A DNA stretch of 61,397 bases, counting the filler. It is 6 parts of 6 records of this genome, joined end to end, with 100 filler letters (N's around TTAATTAATTAA, not from the genome) between each part and the next. Parts side by side here need not be neighbours in the genome. Positions count along the whole stretch, not along the records: positions 52,834 to 61,397 come from SRR2962707_1004; 5 more parts are not named here. The stretch is one strand, 5' to 3'. The notes beneath the pieces are model-generated. The model did not search any database. It saw nothing but the letters and a program-made list of their open reading frames with translations, and was not told where the DNA came from. Position 1 is the first letter of the stretch. Each line of letters opens with the position of its first letter. A program made the translations under genes and the position numbers. Below are positions 58,501 through 61,397 of this stretch, piece by piece.

Positions 58501-61322
58501 CCGCTGCCGACCATGGCCCGCTGCCCGCCCCTTTTCTACGGGCGGTGGAAACCCTGATTCCCGCCTCACGGCGTTTCGACGATCCGTTGTCCACTCTGGC
58601 GTTCGGCACCGACGCCAGCTTTTACCGTCTGATACCGAAACTGGTGGTCCGGGTGGAAACGGAAGCGGAAGTGGTGGCGCTGCTGAAACTGGCCGGCGAG
58701 CATGCCGTGCCAGTGACATTCCGCGCCGCCGGCACCAGTTTGTCCGGCCAGGCGATCAGTGATTCCGTGCTGATCGTGCTGGGCGACCAGTGGAACGGCC
58801 GGGAAATTCGCAACGACGGCGCACAGATCCGCCTGCAACCCGGCGTCATCGGCGCCCAGGCCAACGCCTGGCTGGCGCCGCTGGGTCGCAAGATCGGCCC
58901 GGATCCGGCGTCCATCAACGCCGCCAAGATCGGCGGCATCGTCGCCAACAATTCCAGCGGCATGTGCTGCGGCACCGCCCAGAACACCTACCACACCCTG
59001 GCCGGCATGCGCCTGGTGCTGGCCGACGGCACCGTGCTCGACACCGAGGACGCGGACAGCGTCAGGCGCTTCCGGCAAAGTCACGCCACCCTGCTCGAAC
59101 AATTGGCGGCACTGGGCCGGGAGACCCGCGCCGACAACGCCTTGAGCAGCCGCATCCGTCACAAATACCGTCTCAAGAACACCACCGGCCTGTCCCTGAA
59201 CGCGCTGGTGGATTACGACGATCCGCTGGATATTCTCACCCATCTGATGGTGGGCTCGGAGGGAATCCTTGGCTTCATCAGCGCGGTCACCTACGACACC
59301 GTGCCGGAGTACCCGCACCGGGCCAGCGCCCTGATCGTGTTCCCCGACGTGGACACTTGCTGCCGGGCGGTGCCGGTGCTGAAGCAACAACCGGTGTCGG
59401 CGGTGGAATTGCTCGACCGCCGCAGTCTGCGCTCGGTACAGGACCAGCCGGGCATGCCCGGCTGGGTGCCGGGCCTGTCCGATGGCGCCTGCGCCTTGCT
59501 GATCGAATCCCGCGCCGCCGCCGAAACCCTGCTGCTGGAACAGTTACAAGGTATTCGTCAGGCCCTCGCCGCCTTCGCGGTGGAGAAGCAGGTGGATTTC
59601 AGCACCGATGCGGCGGTGAACGAGCAACTCTGGGCCATCCGCAAAGGCACCTTTCCGGCGGTGGGCGCGGTGCGGCCCACCGGCACCACGGTGATCATCG
59701 AGGACGTGACCTTCCCGGTGGAACAACTCGCCGACGGCGTGCGCGGTCTGCTCGCCCTGTTCGACAAACACCGCTACGACGAAGCGATCATCTTTGGCCA
59801 CGCCCTGGAAGGCAATCTGCATTTCGTGTTCACCCAGGGCTTCGACGACCCGGCCCAGGTACAACGCTATGAAGCCTTCATGGGCGACGTGGCCAAACTG
59901 GTGGCGGAAGACTTCGGCGGCGCGCTCAAGGCCGAGCATGGCACCGGCCGCAACATGGCGCCCTTCGTGGAACTGGAATGGGGCCGCGACGCCTATCAGC
60001 TGATGTGGAAAATCAAACGGCTGCTGGACCCCGCCGGTATCCTCAACCCGGATGTGGTGTTGTCCGAGGACCCGCGCATTCACCTGAAACATCTCAAGCC
60101 GCTGCCCGCCGCCAACGAGATCGTCGACAAGTGCATCGAGTGCGGCTTCTGCGAACCGGTGTGCCCTTCCCGCGGCCTGACCCTGACACCGCGCCAGCGC
60201 ATCGTGGTATGGCGGGACATTCAGGCCAAACGCCGCGACGGAGCCGGCGCCACCGCGCTCTGGAACGACTATCTGTATCGCGGCATCGATTCCTGCGCGG
60301 CCACCGGCCTGTGCGCCCAGCGCTGCCCGGTGGGCATCAACACCGGCGATCTGGTGCGTGAATTGAGAGCCGGACAGGCCCGGCACACCGGCACCGCCGA
60401 CCGGCTGGCCGATCATTTCAGCGGCGCGCTCGGCGCCACCCGGATCACTTTGCGCGGCGCCACCACCGCGCAAAAACTGCTCGGCGGAGAACGGCTGCAA
60501 ACGCTTGCCAATGGCCTGCGGCGGCTGTCCGGCGACCGCACCCCGATGTGGACGCCGGCCATGCCGCAAGCCACCTCCCTGCCCCGCCATCACCATCTTT
60601 CCGCCGGGCAGCGTCCGCGCGTGGTCTATCTGGCCGCCTGTGTCTCCCGCGCCATGGGGCCGTCGCTGAACGACCGGGAGCAGGTGCCGCTGATCGACAA
60701 AACCCGGGCGCTGCTGGAAAAAGCAGGCTTCGAGGTGGTGTTCCCGGAAGATCTGGACAGCCTGTGCTGCGGCCAGCCTTTCGCTTCCAAAGGCTATCCG
60801 GAACAGGGGGACCGTAAACGGGATCAATTGGCGGCGGCGCTGCTGAAAGCCAGCCGCGATGGCGAGGATCCGGTGTACTGCGACACCAGCCCCTGTACCT
60901 TGCGGCTGGTCCAAGGCGGCCTGGATCCGAGATTGAAGCTGTACGACCCGGTTAAGTTCATCCGCGAGCAGCTGTATTCCCGGCTCACGTTTTCACCACT
61001 GGACACGTCGGTGGCGGTGCACGTCACCTGCAGCACGCAGCATCTTGGGGAAAGCGCGGGGCTGATCGACATAGCGCGTCGCTGTGCCCGGGAAGTGGTG
61101 GTACCGGAAGGGATTCACTGCTGCGGCTTCGCCGGGGACAAAGGTTTCACCACCCCGGAACTCAACGCCCACGCCCTGCGCGATCTGCGCGACACCGTGC
61201 GGCATTGTGACGAGGGCATCTCCACCAGCCGCACCTGCGAGATCGGTCTCAGCCATCATGGCGGCATTGATTATCACGGGCTGGTGTATCTGGTGGACCG
61301 GGCGACCACGGCGCGGCCCTGA
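58497..61322 (+). CDS. FAD- and Fe-S-dependent D-lactate dehydrogenase (Dld-II type)
   Basis: FAD-binding FRAAGTSLSGQ, GPDPAS...ANNSSGMCCG; HALEGNLH, KAEHGTGRN; ferredoxin motifs CIECGFCEPVCP and CAATGLCAQRCP; C-terminal CCG domains. Confidence 0.93.
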   Translation: MTAADHGPLPAPFLRAVETLIPASRRFDDPLSTLAFGTDASFYRLIPKLVVRVETEAEVVALLKLAGEHAVPVTFRAAGTSLSGQAISDSVLIVLGDQWNGREIRNDGAQIRLQPGVIGAQANAWLAPLGRKIGPDPASINAAKIGGIVANNSSGMCCGTAQNTYHTLAGMRLVLADGTVLDTEDADSVRRFRQSHATLLEQLAALGRETRADNALSSRIRHKYRLKNTTGLSLNALVDYDDPLDILTHLMVGSEGILGFISAVTYDTVPEYPHRASALIVFPDVDTCCRAVPVLKQQPVSAVELLDRRSLRSVQDQPGMPGWVPGLSDGACALLIESRAAAETLLLEQLQGIRQALAAFAVEKQVDFSTDAAVNEQLWAIRKGTFPAVGAVRPTGTTVIIEDVTFPVEQLADGVRGLLALFDKHRYDEAIIFGHALEGNLHFVFTQGFDDPAQVQRYEAFMGDVAKLVAEDFGGALKAEHGTGRNMAPFVELEWGRDAYQLMWKIKRLLDPAGILNPDVVLSEDPRIHLKHLKPLPAANEIVDKCIECGFCEPVCPSRGLTLTPRQRIVVWRDIQAKRRDGAGATALWNDYLYRGIDSCAATGLCAQRCPVGINTGDLVRELRAGQARHTGTADRLADHFSGALGATRITLRGATTAQKLLGGERLQTLANGLRRLSGDRTPMWTPAMPQATSLPRHHHLSAGQRPRVVYLAACVSRAMGPSLNDREQVPLIDKTRALLEKAGFEVVFPEDLDSLCCGQPFASKGYPEQGDRKRDQLAAALLKASRDGEDPVYCDTSPCTLRLVQGGLDPRLKLYDPVKFIREQLYSRLTFSPLDTSVAVHVTCSTQHLGESAGLIDIARRCAREVVVPEGIHCCGFAGDKGFTTPELNAHALRDLRDTVRHCDEGISTSRTCEIGLSHHGGIDYHGLVYLVDRATTARP

Positions 61323-61331
61323 ATTCCGCGG

Positions 61332-61397
61332 GCGATTCGCTGCCAAGGCAGCTTCCCACAGAAAAGACTACGAAGCCGCTGTGGGAAGCTTGCTTGC
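61332..61397. repeat. REP-like repeat cluster downstream of dld-II, truncated by the contig end
   Basis: GCGATTCGCTGCCAAGGCAGCTTCCCACAG (an inverted GTGGGAAGC-type unit), then CGAAGCCGCTGTGGGAAGCTTGCTTGC. Confidence 0.7.

Noticed and set aside
53924-60914. Long antisense ORFs (53924-55615, 56417-57889, 58566-59390, 59544-60914)
   Set aside because: Shadow frames of GC-rich genes with clear sense-strand identity; no recognisable motifs.

Overview
This window is not one locus. It is six unrelated contigs joined by five artificial 100-nt spacers (44 N + TTAATTAATTAA + 44 N). Three contigs come from a compact, intron-containing eukaryote; the dynein shows that at least contig 1 is from a flagellated one. 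Contig 1 (1-17128) has a 10-exon SHIPPO/ODF3-type PGPG-repeat + TPR gene convergent with an intronless axonemal dynein heavy chain (DNAH10/I1-alpha type). Contig 2 (17229-24130) has a mucin-stalked NIPA-family Mg2+ transporter with a GC-AG intron, convergent with an SLC19-like folate/thiamine carrier. Contig 5 (43492-52733) has a signal-peptide-bearing JmjC hydroxylase convergent with an 11-exon gene that splices into PAS-PAS / histidine kinase / receiver / guanylyl cyclase / coiled coil / SAM. Three contigs are bacterial. Contig 3 (24231-35873, Bacteroidota) carries PorV-like and PorU-like C25 type IX secretion genes, PAP2, acs, SCP2, glutaminyl cyclase and an NhaP antiporter. Contig 4 (35974-43391, Alphaproteobacteria) carries a siderophore ABC system with a RirA-type box, a DUF2946-like RGPP leader followed by PCuAC and SCO, LysR, TauE and ABC exporters. 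Contig 6 (52834-61397, Gammaproteobacteria) is a complete lldR/lldP/lutABC/dld-II lactate locus flanked by REP-like repeats. Best leads: the opsin-less two-component guanylyl cyclase; the RGPP arrest leader with a hairpin reaching the pcuAC ribosome-binding site; and the PorV/PorU paralogue pair. All exon models and family calls were made by eye from motifs; no database search was run.
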